Assembly (NCBI GenBank): GCA_028715345.1
Contig: JAQUSB010000001.1
Coordinates: forward strand, 40,047 to 104,046
From: Candidatus Omnitrophota bacterium
GTDB taxonomy: Bacteria; Omnitrophota; Gorgyraeia; 2-01-FULL-45-10
Length of the DNA: 64,000 bases
Direction: 5' to 3'
In this document: one piece after another, positions 45,374-55,581 of the stretch
Numbering within the stretch: the first letter of the stretch is position 1
Layout of the letters: each line of letters starts with the position of its first letter
Position numbers and translations under genes: made by a program
Notes under the pieces: generated by a model
Seen by the model: the letters and a program-made list of their open reading frames with translations, nothing else
Database searches by the model: none
Told to the model about the DNA's origin: nothing

Positions 45374-47089
45374 ATGATAGATTCGATGGTGAAAGATGTC
45401 CTGAAGAATATAACCATCAGGGACGTCCTGGAAGCCATAAATAAAAAATACGGCAACAAGACGGCGCTCAGGATAAAGAACGAAGACGGCTCTTTCAGGG
45501 AAATATCCTATTTAAGGCTCGGGCGCAGGGCGGTGAGCATCTCTTCGGCCCTGATGAATCTGGGCGTCGATAAAGGCGACAGGGTAGCGATCCTCTCCGA
45601 GAACAGGCCCGAATGGGCGGCGGCTTATTTCGGCATCATCTCCTGCGGCGCGGTGATCCTCCCTGTAGACGTAAAACTCACCGACAATGAAATAAAATTC
45701 ATCTTAAACGACAGCGAGGCGAAGTGCATCTTCGTCAGCGAAAAATATCTCGGCGCGGTAGACAGGCTAAGACCCGCCCTCCCCCATCTTAAAAGAACGA
45801 TACTCTTCGATAAGACCGGCCGCGAAGACCTGGCGCAATTGGGCAAGCTCAGGATCCATCGCGGCAAAGGAAAAGAGCGCATCTCGTATCCCGACGATAC
45901 GGCGATCATAGTCTACACTTCCGGCACGACCGGGATCTCCAAAGGGGTCGAGATAAGCTACAAGAACCTGCTCTTCCAGATGCTCGAATTCAGCCGGACT
46001 ATCCGCTGCACGCCTAAAGAGAGGCTCCTGTCCGTATTGCCGCTCAACCATATGCTCGAAATAACCGGCGGCCTCATCGCACCGCTCTACGCGGGTTCCT
46101 GCGTCACATATTGCGATACACTGAAGACGAATATGCTCTTGCCGCTCATGCGGGAGGTTGGCACGACGGCGATCATATGCGTGCCGCTCGTCCTGAAACT
46201 GATACTCTCGGGCATAAGGAAGAAAGCGGCGAAGTTACCGCCGTTAAAGCGGCATATATTTAACGCATTCCTTGCCCTGTCGAGATTTCTGCTCAAATTC
46301 AGGATACGCGCCGGCAGGCTGCTGTTCCGCGCCGTCCACAAGGAATTCGGCGGGCGGCTGCACACATTCATAAGCGGCGGCGCGCCGCTCGACACGGATG
46401 TCGAAATAGATATGAACGCCCTCGGGTTCAGGATATTGCAGGGATACGGCCTCACGGAAACGGCTCCCGTCATTTCGGTCAATACTTTCTCCGATAACAG
46501 GTTCGGCTCCGTAGGCAAGCCTCTGCCCGGGGTCGAGGTCAGGATACTGAAAGAAAAAGAGGCGGACGCGGCCGGCGAGATATTGACCCGCGGCCCTCAC
46601 GTCATGAAAGGTTATTTCAAGAACCCCGAAAAGACCGCCGAGGCAATAAAGGACGGGTGGTTCTACACCGGGGACCTGGGCTATCTGGACAAGGACGGCT
46701 TCCTTTATATCTCGGGACGTAAAAAGAATATGATAATCTTAGGCGGCGGCAAGAAGGTGTTCCCGGAAGAGATCGAGGCCGTCATGGCAAACAGCCCTTA
46801 TATAAAAGAGATATGCGTCCTGCCCAGGATAGCGGCCCGGGGCCTGCGCGAAGGGCATGAAGAGGTCTATGCCATCGTGGTGCCGAACCTCGAAATGTTC
46901 GAGCGGGAAAAGGACTCCGCGAAAGAAGCGGTGGAGTTAAAAATATCGTCCGAGATCTCGCGGCTGGGCAAGGAACTGTCGGCGTATAAAAGGATAGTGA
47001 ATTTCGATGTGTATTACGGGGAATTACCGAAAACGGTAACAAAAAAGATAAAACGTGACGCGGTTGCCGAAATGGCTAAGGATTTATAA
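45374..47089 (+). CDS. long-chain fatty-acid--CoA ligase (AMP-dependent synthetase)
   Basis: 571 aa with AMP-binding motif I YTSGTTGISKGV, motif II YGLTET and GDLG...DGFLYISGRKKN. Confidence 0.85.
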   Translation: MIDSMVKDVLKNITIRDVLEAINKKYGNKTALRIKNEDGSFREISYLRLGRRAVSISSALMNLGVDKGDRVAILSENRPEWAAAYFGIISCGAVILPVDVKLTDNEIKFILNDSEAKCIFVSEKYLGAVDRLRPALPHLKRTILFDKTGREDLAQLGKLRIHRGKGKERISYPDDTAIIVYTSGTTGISKGVEISYKNLLFQMLEFSRTIRCTPKERLLSVLPLNHMLEITGGLIAPLYAGSCVTYCDTLKTNMLLPLMREVGTTAIICVPLVLKLILSGIRKKAAKLPPLKRHIFNAFLALSRFLLKFRIRAGRLLFRAVHKEFGGRLHTFISGGAPLDTDVEIDMNALGFRILQGYGLTETAPVISVNTFSDNRFGSVGKPLPGVEVRILKEKEADAAGEILTRGPHVMKGYFKNPEKTAEAIKDGWFYTGDLGYLDKDGFLYISGRKKNMIILGGGKKVFPEEIEAVMANSPYIKEICVLPRIAARGLREGHEEVYAIVVPNLEMFEREKDSAKEAVELKISSEISRLGKELSAYKRIVNFDVYYGELPKTVTKKIKRDAVAEMAKDL

Positions 47090-48118
47090 CTAGCCTCCCT
47101 GCCCCTCTTCTATCCACTTTTCATCGGTCACGAAATGCGCTATGGCCGTCCTGTTCACATAAGAATAAACTACGTGGATAAGCCCGTCTTTGGTCTGTAT
47201 TACCGACGGGTAAGTGCTGACTGTGCCCGCCTTGAACTCTATCACCCTGCGGCGCGGCCACGTCCTGCCTTCATCGTATGACAGCGCTATCGTAATGCCG
47301 GTCTTATCGGTCTTGGAATCGTTGGACACCAGAACAACGTGGCCATTCTTCAATTTCAGCATCTCCAAAGCCGTCCCGGGATTCTTTACATCGGAAAATC
47401 CCCACCCCCACCAGTTATATCCGAGGTCGCGGCTTGTAGACTGCCACGCCAACCTGGGCGGCATACCGGTCCTCATAAGCGCGAACAGGCTCGAATCCGA
47501 GCGCTGGATGATGGTCGGCTGGAGGCCGAAAAAGAACATGATATACCTGGGCCCTTCCCAGGTCAGGCCGCCGTCTTTGGAAATAGCCACCGCGGAAGAT
47601 GTGTGCAGATCGGTATATATAGGAAGGACTATAGGGCCTTCTTTGAGTTTTATCGGGTGGTTCTTCGGCAAAAACCACGCGAGCTTTCCTAGTTTGCGCG
47701 GCGCGTCCCAGGTCCTGCCCAGATCGGCGGACGTTTTTACCATTATCGTGTCCTTGACCAGTTTGTAGACCCTTCTCTCTTCCGCCCAGAATAACCATAA
47801 TTTTTTATTTTCGTCGAAATACAGGACGGGGTTTTTGTTGGAATGGCCGGGAGTCGAGTAAATGACCTCCGGGCTAGTCCACTTATCGGAGCCGGCAGGC
47901 TTTCTCGCGCCCCATATCGCGGCATATTTACTGCCCGGTGTCGCGCCGTACCAGACGACGAATAACTCCCCGTCCGGAAGTTCCGCCATGCTGGCCGCGT
48001 GAGGCGACGGGAGCGAGCTCGGTTTAAATATAAATTCCTTATAAGGTAAAGTTTCGGCAAATGCCGGCAGGGAAATAAAAAATACCAAAAACAGGGCGAG
48101 TAACGTTTTTTTGTTCAT
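47090..48118 (-). CDS. secreted BNR-repeat exo-alpha-sialidase-like glycoside hydrolase
   Basis: 342 aa with a signal peptide and three SxDxGxTW BNR motifs (SADLGRTW, SKDGGLTW, SYDEGRTW). Confidence 0.65.
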   Translation of the reverse strand: MNKKTLLALFLVFFISLPAFAETLPYKEFIFKPSSLPSPHAASMAELPDGELFVVWYGATPGSKYAAIWGARKPAGSDKWTSPEVIYSTPGHSNKNPVLYFDENKKLWLFWAEERRVYKLVKDTIMVKTSADLGRTWDAPRKLGKLAWFLPKNHPIKLKEGPIVLPIYTDLHTSSAVAISKDGGLTWEGPRYIMFFFGLQPTIIQRSDSSLFALMRTGMPPRLAWQSTSRDLGYNWWGWGFSDVKNPGTALEMLKLKNGHVVLVSNDSKTDKTGITIALSYDEGRTWPRRRVIEFKAGTVSTYPSVIQTKDGLIHVVYSYVNRTAIAHFVTDEKWIEEGQGG

Positions 48119-48205
48119 GCGGTCCTTTCAAAGTTAGCTAATTGTATCATCTGCGCAGAAAAATAGGAAGCAAAACCTTACGGCTGTGCTATAATTATTT
48201 CACAT

Positions 48206-49366
48206 ATGAAAAAGATCAGGCTGGGCATAGACGCGCGGATATTCTCTCAAGCCATGAACGGCGTGGCCCGCTACGCCATGGCGCTCGTAAAAGGCCTTTC
48301 CGAATGCGAACAATTCGAGATATACCTGTTTTCCGACTCGCCTCTGAGAGAAGAATACCGCGAATATTTCTCGGGCCATCACCTCGTCCTGTTCGATAAC
48401 CGGAGGTTTAAAAAATACTGGAAGAATTGGGTCCTCCCCTTCCAACTTCTAAAACACGGGATAGACCTGTACCATGCCGTATGGGATAAAGGAGTCCCCC
48501 TCTTGTCGCCATGCCCTGCCATAATGTCCATACACGATCTATACTCTATCTCGGACATAAATAAAACCTCAAGCCTTAAAAAGAAATCCCGCAGGTTCTC
48601 CGGACTTTTCCTCGAAGGACGGGCGGCCAAAAAGATAATAACCGTGTCGGAAAGCACGAAAAAAGAGATAATGAAGAAATTGCGTGTCCGCCCCGAAAAG
48701 ATAACTGTCACATACTTAGACTGCGATAAGCGCCATATAGAAAAGATGCTGGCTAGAGGGCCTGCCATCGCACTCCCCGCAGGCCTCCGGCCAAAGGAAT
48801 ACATTGTAAGCATTGCCGGCAGGCTTGATGACGTCAGGAAAAATATCCCATTTTTAATAAGATCGTTCTCCCGATCTATAAAGGACGGCGAGAATAAAAA
48901 TGGTTGCCGTAAGCTTGTTATAGTCGGCAGTTATAATGAGAATAGCCCTTCGTTCGGCAGGCTGAAAGATCTCGTAGACGAGAGCGATCTGCGGGAAAAT
49001 GTAATATTCACCGGATATTTACCTGATCCCGTCCTGTATCATCTCGTAAAAGAGGCCGGGTTCATGGTATTCGCATCCCTCTTCGAAGGTTTCGGCATCC
49101 CTTTACTGGAAGCGTTCTTTTTAGGCGTGCCCGTCATAACGAGCAACACTTCTTCCATGGCGGAGATAGCCTCGTCGGGCAGCGCTTTACTGATAGACCC
49201 GGTTTCCGAAAATGAACTGGCAGCGGCAATGACATCCCTGTGCGGGGATCCCGCTTTAAGGGCAAAGCTCGCGGAGAACGGGCGCAGGCGGCTGCGCGCG
49301 TTCGACTGGGACATTACGATAAAGAAAACGATATCCGTCTACAACGAGGTTTTGAAGGCCAGATGA
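48206..49366 (+). CDS. GT4-family (GT-B) glycosyltransferase
   Basis: 386 aa with the EGFGIPLLEA motif of retaining GT4 enzymes. Confidence 0.75.
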   Translation: MKKIRLGIDARIFSQAMNGVARYAMALVKGLSECEQFEIYLFSDSPLREEYREYFSGHHLVLFDNRRFKKYWKNWVLPFQLLKHGIDLYHAVWDKGVPLLSPCPAIMSIHDLYSISDINKTSSLKKKSRRFSGLFLEGRAAKKIITVSESTKKEIMKKLRVRPEKITVTYLDCDKRHIEKMLARGPAIALPAGLRPKEYIVSIAGRLDDVRKNIPFLIRSFSRSIKDGENKNGCRKLVIVGSYNENSPSFGRLKDLVDESDLRENVIFTGYLPDPVLYHLVKEAGFMVFASLFEGFGIPLLEAFFLGVPVITSNTSSMAEIASSGSALLIDPVSENELAAAMTSLCGDPALRAKLAENGRRRLRAFDWDITIKKTISVYNEVLKAR

Positions 49367-50277
49367 GCGCGACAGAGAAAGCGAAAGTATCCGTTATCAT
49401 CCCCGCCTACAACAGGGCGCATACCCTGATGCCTGCCGTAAAGAGCGCCATCGATCAGCATTACGATAATATGGAAATAATAATAGTGGACGACTGCTCT
49501 TCGGATAATACCAAAGACGTTGTAGCCGGCATAGCGGATAAACGTATAAAATATTTACGCCGCGCAAAGAACGGAGGGGTCGCGGCCGCCCGTAATGACG
49601 GCATAAGGGCAGCCTCGGGCGATTATATAGCTTTCCTGGATTCGGACGACGCGTGGATGCCGGGCAAGATCGAAGCCCAGCTGAAAGCTTTCGCCGAAAA
49701 TGAAAGCGCAGGGCTCGTGTTCGTGAACGCTTATGAAACCGCGGCGGACGGCGCTGCGAGATCATTTATCGACAGGCCTGAACCTTCGCGCGTTGTTTAC
49801 GGATCAAAGGATAGGGCGGCCGGAATATTCCCGGGGTCTATAATGGTAGCGCCTCCGACCGGCTGGATGATCAAAAAGGCCGCCATTGACAAGACCGGGT
49901 TCTTCGACGAGAACATGAGCGTATGGGAGGATTGCGATTACCTCGCGAGGCTTGCCGCGCGGTTCGATATATATTTCGTTAACGTCCCTCTTATCGTTAT
50001 AGCTGCCGGCGGATCCGATCATTTAAGCCGGAATATGCTCTCATGGCACGAAGGCAAGAAAATATTTTACGCTAAGCACGCGCTTTCGATGGATAGAGAC
50101 AAGCGCCACCTGTTCCGGTTCTACAAAGGCATGGCAAAGGATTGTTTTATACTGAAAGACAGGGATAATGCCGCGAAGTGGATCAAAAAAGCACTGCGCC
50201 TGAACCCGTTCGCGCTGGATCTATACTTTAAACTGCTGCGCCTTTATCCATCCCCTTCTCATCAAAGATCTTCTTAG
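49363..50277 (+). CDS. GT2-family glycosyltransferase
   Basis: ATG at 49363 overlaps the GT4 stop as ATGA. VSVIIPAYNRAHTL...VDDCSSDNT...FLDSDD (DxD). Confidence 0.75.
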   Translation: MSATEKAKVSVIIPAYNRAHTLMPAVKSAIDQHYDNMEIIIVDDCSSDNTKDVVAGIADKRIKYLRRAKNGGVAAARNDGIRAASGDYIAFLDSDDAWMPGKIEAQLKAFAENESAGLVFVNAYETAADGAARSFIDRPEPSRVVYGSKDRAAGIFPGSIMVAPPTGWMIKKAAIDKTGFFDENMSVWEDCDYLARLAARFDIYFVNVPLIVIAAGGSDHLSRNMLSWHEGKKIFYAKHALSMDRDKRHLFRFYKGMAKDCFILKDRDNAAKWIKKALRLNPFALDLYFKLLRLYPSPSHQRSS

Positions 50278-51064
50278 CCTTATCGAAATAACCTTGGGCC
50301 TCTTTTGCGTTGCCGGCCTTATTGTATAACAGGCCTATGGCGTAATACGCCTCGCCGAAGTTGGAATCCAATTCTATCGCCTTCCGGAAAGCGGCGATAG
50401 CTTCGGTATCTTTGCCCAAAGCACTGTAAGAATTGCCCATATCATAGTAAGCGTAGGCAAATTTCGGGTTGATCCTGAGGGTCCTCTGAAATAATATTAT
50501 CGCGTCCTCGTGCTGGTTCAGCTTACCGTATACCTGACCCAATTTATAGTTTGCATAGTAATCGTTCTGGTTTATCAGGATGGATTTTTTGAAATAAGCT
50601 ACGGCCTCTTCCGGTTTATCCATCGATAAGAAAAGATCCCCGAGGCTGTTATACGGCTGAAAAAATCCCGGGTCTATCTCTATCGCTTTCTGGAAAGACG
50701 CTATCGCCTTCTCGGTATTGCCCAATGCGAGGTATGCCTCGCCCATATTCTGATAAGCGGCGGGGTATCCGGGATTCAACTGGATCGCCTTTTGAAAGCA
50801 TTCCACCGCAGCCTGCGGCTGGCGCAGGACCAGATATATGCACCCTTTTTTGAAATACGCTATCGGGTAATCCGGCTCAAGGGCGATGGCCTTGTCGAAT
50901 TCGGCAAGCGCCGATCCGAAATTACTCTTGTCGTAATATTCTTTGCCTGCGATCAAGTGGTCTTCCGACGTCTCTTCGGCGAAAAGGCCCGCGCAAAATA
51001 CCGGAAGCGAAGCGAAGATCGCTATCGCGATAAGGCCGGCTATGATCATCTTAATATTCTTCAT
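50228..51064 (-). CDS. secreted TPR-repeat protein
   Basis: 278 aa with a signal peptide and seven or more TPR units (AxxxxGxAYxxLG...). Confidence 0.6.
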   Translation of the reverse strand: MKNIKMIIAGLIAIAIFASLPVFCAGLFAEETSEDHLIAGKEYYDKSNFGSALAEFDKAIALEPDYPIAYFKKGCIYLVLRQPQAAVECFQKAIQLNPGYPAAYQNMGEAYLALGNTEKAIASFQKAIEIDPGFFQPYNSLGDLFLSMDKPEEAVAYFKKSILINQNDYYANYKLGQVYGKLNQHEDAIILFQRTLRINPKFAYAYYDMGNSYSALGKDTEAIAAFRKAIELDSNFGEAYYAIGLLYNKAGNAKEAQGYFDKAKKIFDEKGMDKGAAV

Positions 51065-51148
51065 GGTGATGCCTCCTGTTGATATAAATAATCGACATTC
51101 TAAGCAGGACGCTATTATATCATTTTTATACTGCAGAGTGAATATCCT

Positions 51149-51907
51149 TTACATTCTATCTATTTTATTGCCGCTTGGCGTAATACGTAAGTCTAACCCG
51201 ATATTTTCGAGTTCTTCGTTGATCTCAGGTATCGTTTTCGGGGTTTTTTGTTCGATGAACCATTTCCAGCGGCCGTTCCTGTTCCAATCACCGGGTAGGA
51301 CCATATTGACCATCATATGCGCCCAGTCCACCTGCGGAGGATTAGGCCAATTCGAAAGGTCCAGCCAGAATTGTTCTTTGTCGCGCGCGGAAAGCAAATT
51401 ATAAAACGGGCTTTGAGCCCGAAAAACATCCTCGAAATACGGCCTTACGGGTTTACGGGGGATCGTTATCTGCCATCTGAATACCGCCATCATGCAGCGG
51501 GCGCCGGCCAGATCTGCCTTCATTATATCAAGCGCCACCAATGTGTACGCGCATAAAAATTTCCGGAAACGCAATTCTTCGCCGCCGTATAATTCGGACA
51601 CACAAGCTTTATGCGGATCCTCCGCCTGCCGGCTTTCCGTGATCCCATATTTTTCTTTAAGGGCAGAAACGGCGCTTAAAGCTTTGCCCGGATCCTTTGA
51701 AAAATAAGAGAGCCGGGCGGTATCATAATTACCGGCCACATTTATATAATAACCGCTGACGGCATCAAGCCATTCACTGCCATACAGAAAAGGCCGCATG
51801 TCGTCTATCGTCTTATAGTAATTTTCGAATTTTTTATTGCCGGGGGCCTTCAGGTAGAACCTTCCGAACAGGTCTTCCGTAGTCAGCTTTGTGAGATCGG
51901 GGAACAT
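51149..51907 (-). CDS. hypothetical protein
   Basis: 252 aa with no TM helix and no signal peptide. Contains an ELYGGEE motif. No family assigned. Confidence 0.4.
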   Translation of the reverse strand: MFPDLTKLTTEDLFGRFYLKAPGNKKFENYYKTIDDMRPFLYGSEWLDAVSGYYINVAGNYDTARLSYFSKDPGKALSAVSALKEKYGITESRQAEDPHKACVSELYGGEELRFRKFLCAYTLVALDIMKADLAGARCMMAVFRWQITIPRKPVRPYFEDVFRAQSPFYNLLSARDKEQFWLDLSNWPNPPQVDWAHMMVNMVLPGDWNRNGRWKWFIEQKTPKTIPEINEELENIGLDLRITPSGNKIDRM

Positions 51908-51912
51908 ATTCT

Positions 51913-53583
51913 TTATATGCTTCCCCGCCCTTCTATTATATCCATCATCTTCCGGGCGTTAGGAAAATTCGGCTTGATCGATAATGCCTTTTTAAGATTT
52001 TCCCCGGCCATTGCGTAATTTCCCTGCGATAGGTATATACTTGCGATATTGCTGTATGCCTCCGCGTAATCGGGCCGAAGTTCGAGGGCTTTTTTATATT
52101 CTGCCATGGCGTCCTTTTCCCGGCCCATGGCGCTATAGACATTGCCGAAATTAAGACGGAGCCGGGCATTGTTCGGCGAATACTTTATGGTATTTTTAAA
52201 GAACGTTACTCCGTCCTTCCAGTCCTTATTCCGCTCGAACGTCAGGATACCGAAGAAAAGGAATAAGCCCGCCAATAAAAAGACGACCGCCGGTTTGTAA
52301 AAAAAACGCGCGCAGGCAAGGCCTATCATCATATATATGCCTATAGCCGGAAGATAAAGCCAGTGCTCGGATATGAAACTGTTTATAGGGACTATGTTAG
52401 AGACCGGCAGAAGGCCGATAAAAAACCATAGGGATGCGAAAAAAACTTTCCGCGATCTTTTGCGGGCTATATAGACCATGACGGCTATTACCGACATCGC
52501 GGCTAAAGCTATGAATACTTCCGGGTTAGCGAAAGATGTCGCCACCTTTACCTGCCGTTCCATGTGCAGCCCGAACGGCAGCGCCAAAAGGAACAGGTAG
52601 ACGCATACGGCCTTAAATGTGGTGAGCATCCTTATATATAGATTGAATTTACCCATTATCGTGGACGGGGCCGCCGCGGAGAAATCGAGGATCGTCTTCC
52701 TCATAATGACATAGGCTAAAAAGACCACTAAATAAGGAATGACCAATGAATAGAGCTTCGCGCGGTCCTTTTGGCCGGAGAAAACGAATATATACAGAAT
52801 AAAAAATAAAGGCAGTATCATCCCTATCTCTTTCGAGAGCACAGAGGCGGCGTAAAATAAGATAGACAGCGCGTACGGGACATAGCGGATCCCTTTATTT
52901 TCCGTCGATGCTTCGGCCGCGCGCAGGAAAAGGATGAACGAGATGAGGAAGAAGAGCAGATAAAGAGGGTCCGCCCTCCCGGCAACGTATGTGACGGCTT
53001 CCGTATTTATGGGATGGATGCCGAACAGAGAAGCCGTCACGAAAGCGACAAGCCAGTTCTTGAAGATCTTCAACGAAAGTATGTATAAAAATACCGCGCA
53101 TAGTGCGTGCAATAATATATTCGTCAGGTGAAAACCCAGCGGCAGGCTCCCCCACAGGAAACGGTCGATCATGTATGATAGTTCCTGGATGGGCCGGTAA
53201 AAATTATTTATATTACCGCTTGTAGCGGCGAGGTATGTTTTGAATATGCGCGCCGCATTATTGAAACTATTTATGGCGGTATTGTCCCTTATCAGGAACT
53301 CGTCGTCCCAAATGAAATCATTATTCAGGGCGCTCGAGTAAGCCGCAAGGACAAGCACGGCTATTACGATGACCGATAAGACGTGCACCCATTTTTTAAT
53401 GACCGGCGCCTTCTCATCCTCCTCCTGCCGCAGGCGCTGCCCGGAGGGTTTCCCTTCCCGCAGGCCCATTTTACGGAGATACTTCGAGACGCTCCTCTCA
53501 CGCAAACCCAATTCATCGGCGATTTGCCTGGCGGTTTTAGTCCCTATGTTCTTCGCTATATATTCTTCCTGTGACTGTTTCAT
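51913..53583 (-). CDS. fusion protein: N-terminal HTH (sigma-70 region-4-like) + GT-C-like polytopic membrane domain + C-terminal TPR repeats
   Basis: 556 aa. N-terminus TARQIADELGLRERSVSKYLRKMG is an HTH. A block of ~11 TM helices carries NDFIWDDEFLI and FYRPI motifs (TMTC/DUF1736-like). Three C-terminal TPR units follow. Confidence 0.5.
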   Translation of the reverse strand: MKQSQEEYIAKNIGTKTARQIADELGLRERSVSKYLRKMGLREGKPSGQRLRQEEDEKAPVIKKWVHVLSVIVIAVLVLAAYSSALNNDFIWDDEFLIRDNTAINSFNNAARIFKTYLAATSGNINNFYRPIQELSYMIDRFLWGSLPLGFHLTNILLHALCAVFLYILSLKIFKNWLVAFVTASLFGIHPINTEAVTYVAGRADPLYLLFFLISFILFLRAAEASTENKGIRYVPYALSILFYAASVLSKEIGMILPLFFILYIFVFSGQKDRAKLYSLVIPYLVVFLAYVIMRKTILDFSAAAPSTIMGKFNLYIRMLTTFKAVCVYLFLLALPFGLHMERQVKVATSFANPEVFIALAAMSVIAVMVYIARKRSRKVFFASLWFFIGLLPVSNIVPINSFISEHWLYLPAIGIYMMIGLACARFFYKPAVVFLLAGLFLFFGILTFERNKDWKDGVTFFKNTIKYSPNNARLRLNFGNVYSAMGREKDAMAEYKKALELRPDYAEAYSNIASIYLSQGNYAMAGENLKKALSIKPNFPNARKMMDIIEGRGSI

Positions 53584-53601
53584 TATTTAAAACCTTACGG
53601 G

Positions 53602-54189
53602 CTATCGTCTCGGCGGCTGGGGCGGCGGTGAAGGCGGCCGCGGCGGCTGGGGCGGCGGCGTCTGAGGCTGAGCCGGAGGCATCTGGCGCTGCATAGCCGA
53701 AACCCTCTGGGCCTCTTCTACGACTTCCATTTGCCGCGCCACCTCTTTAGCCTGGTATGCATTTATCTGGATGTACACCTTATCCAAAAGCCCTTTCAGC
53801 GCGGCATCGTCGAGGTCTTCTATATTCACTTCTTCCGCCCCGCGGGGATATGTATATCTATCTTCTCCGTCCGAGCCTTTCTTTTTCTTAAGCTCCGGGA
53901 TGCCCTTCAGGACCTCCTCGTTATTTCCGGTCTCCTCTTTTATGATCTTTAACATATCCTCCCTCGCCATAGCAGGCGCCGATCCGTTAAAAGGCGGCAG
54001 GGATGCTTTCTGCCCGGGGACGGAGGAAACTGCCGGAGAAGGCCGCGCCGGAATATTTTTTCCGGTAAATTTTTTCCACATTCTCGGGATCAAACCTTCA
54101 CCGGCCTGCGCCGACGCTGTAAGAGGCGTCAGGATGATCACCAGAGATATTATCAAAATTTTTGATAGATCGTTCACGATTTTACGCAT
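53602..54189 (-). CDS. secreted protein with C-terminal Pro-rich tail
   Basis: 195 aa with a signal peptide. C-terminus reads PPAQPQTPPPQPPRPPSPPPQPPRR. Confidence 0.4.
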   Translation of the reverse strand: MRKIVNDLSKILIISLVIILTPLTASAQAGEGLIPRMWKKFTGKNIPARPSPAVSSVPGQKASLPPFNGSAPAMAREDMLKIIKEETGNNEEVLKGIPELKKKKGSDGEDRYTYPRGAEEVNIEDLDDAALKGLLDKVYIQINAYQAKEVARQMEVVEEAQRVSAMQRQMPPAQPQTPPPQPPRPPSPPPQPPRR

Positions 54190-54195
54190 ATGCTT

Positions 54196-54864
54196 TTATC
54201 CGGGATATCCTACAGTCTGTGCCAGAATTATCTTCTGGCCGGAGCGCAGCTTCATAGCTTTGGCCAATGCCGGCCTGTCCACCAAACCGCGCACTACCGT
54301 AGCAAGGCCGGCCGAGGCGCAGTAAAGATACACGTTCTGGCTTACGAAACCGGTATCTGTGGCCACGTAGAAATCCGCGTCCGCCGCGGCCATCTTACCC
54401 ATCTTCGAAACGTCCGCCACAAATATGAGATTTACAGGAGCGTCCTTTACGAAAGGCTGCGCGCCGCTGGCGGCCCTGAGGTCATCGTTCGATACCTTGA
54501 CCAGCGTGTTGGTTTTGGCATCATACAGATACAGGCCGCTTGCCATTGCCGCGTAAATATCTATCTCCTGCATATTTCTTGCCGAAGGCGCCGTCCTTAA
54601 ACCGGTAGCCGGCCGGCTGATGCCGTTAGCGGCCCAGAGCATATCCGACATCACCTGTAAGGGAATATCTTTGGAGCTGAAAGATCTCTGCGACATCCTC
54701 TCTTTCAGCGCCTGCATCAAAGGTTTCCCGCCTTGCGTCTCGGGATCGGGCAGTTTTATCGATCCCGCGCTCTCCGCCGATACGGCCGCAGAATAGGCCG
54801 CCAAGATTGCCAGCGTGAAACAAGCCGTTAAAATTTTTCTCACCTGCATATCATCCTCCTGCAT
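54196..54864 (-). CDS. secreted nitroreductase-superfamily (SagB-type dehydrogenase-like) flavoprotein
   Basis: 222 aa with a Sec signal peptide. Nitroreductase-fold motifs ERMSQRSFS, MLWAANGISRP and TAPSARNMQEIDIY are present. Confidence 0.55.
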   Translation of the reverse strand: MQEDDMQVRKILTACFTLAILAAYSAAVSAESAGSIKLPDPETQGGKPLMQALKERMSQRSFSSKDIPLQVMSDMLWAANGISRPATGLRTAPSARNMQEIDIYAAMASGLYLYDAKTNTLVKVSNDDLRAASGAQPFVKDAPVNLIFVADVSKMGKMAAADADFYVATDTGFVSQNVYLYCASAGLATVVRGLVDRPALAKAMKLRSGQKIILAQTVGYPG

Positions 54865-55580
54865 TTACCGGATATGTCGGCGATAGCGCCGACGGGACAA
54901 AAATACCTGCACCAGAATTTCGGTATAAAGAACGCCGCCGATAAGATGGCCGCCGCGATAAAAACGGCCGCCCAGGCCCAGGCATACCACCCGTTCCCGA
55001 AATATTTTACCCACGCCGACGAGGTAACGGTCAGAAAATAGACGGCGGCAACAGCAATAAGTATAACATAGGAAGACACGGATAACCAGGCCGCGGGCTT
55101 TAAATGCTTCTTCGATATAGCTACCTGCGCCTCCTGGAACGAGCCTAAAGGACAAAGGCGCGCGCACCAGAATTTGCCGGACAGGTTCAGCCCTACGAAC
55201 GCGCCGAAGAGAAAAGTCCTCGATATCCCCCATGGACATTTATCCGGGCAGGCCCTGCAGAATACATACGGCACTTTAAAATAGCAGCGGAATACCGGCA
55301 GCAGGATCACCGGGAGAAATATGAGGCCGCCGATAAATTTCAGCCAGAAGTACGGCAGTAATTTTTGGTTTACCCATTTTATTATAAGAAGGGCGAACGA
55401 CGCGGCGCAAATTATTTTGATAAATAACGAGAACGGCGGCCGCCAGAAAAAATAAAGCAGGCGCAGGCTGCTCTCCGAATAGGCCATACTTGCGAAGAAT
55501 ATACCTATGAGGGCGAAGAGCCAGAAGAAAACGGAATTTTTTATACCGCTTATGATATTGCCTTTGCTCAAGGTCGTCAT
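54840..55580 (-). CDS. integral-membrane polyferredoxin-like 4Fe-4S-binding protein (NapH/COG0348-like)
   Basis: 246 aa with six TM helices. Repeated Cys motifs FCRACPDKCPWG, WCARLCPLGS and WCRYFCPVGA lie in cytoplasmic loops. Confidence 0.55.
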   Translation of the reverse strand: MTTLSKGNIISGIKNSVFFWLFALIGIFFASMAYSESSLRLLYFFWRPPFSLFIKIICAASFALLIIKWVNQKLLPYFWLKFIGGLIFLPVILLPVFRCYFKVPYVFCRACPDKCPWGISRTFLFGAFVGLNLSGKFWCARLCPLGSFQEAQVAISKKHLKPAAWLSVSSYVILIAVAAVYFLTVTSSAWVKYFGNGWYAWAWAAVFIAAAILSAAFFIPKFWCRYFCPVGAIADISGKCRRMICR

Positions 55581-55581
55581 C

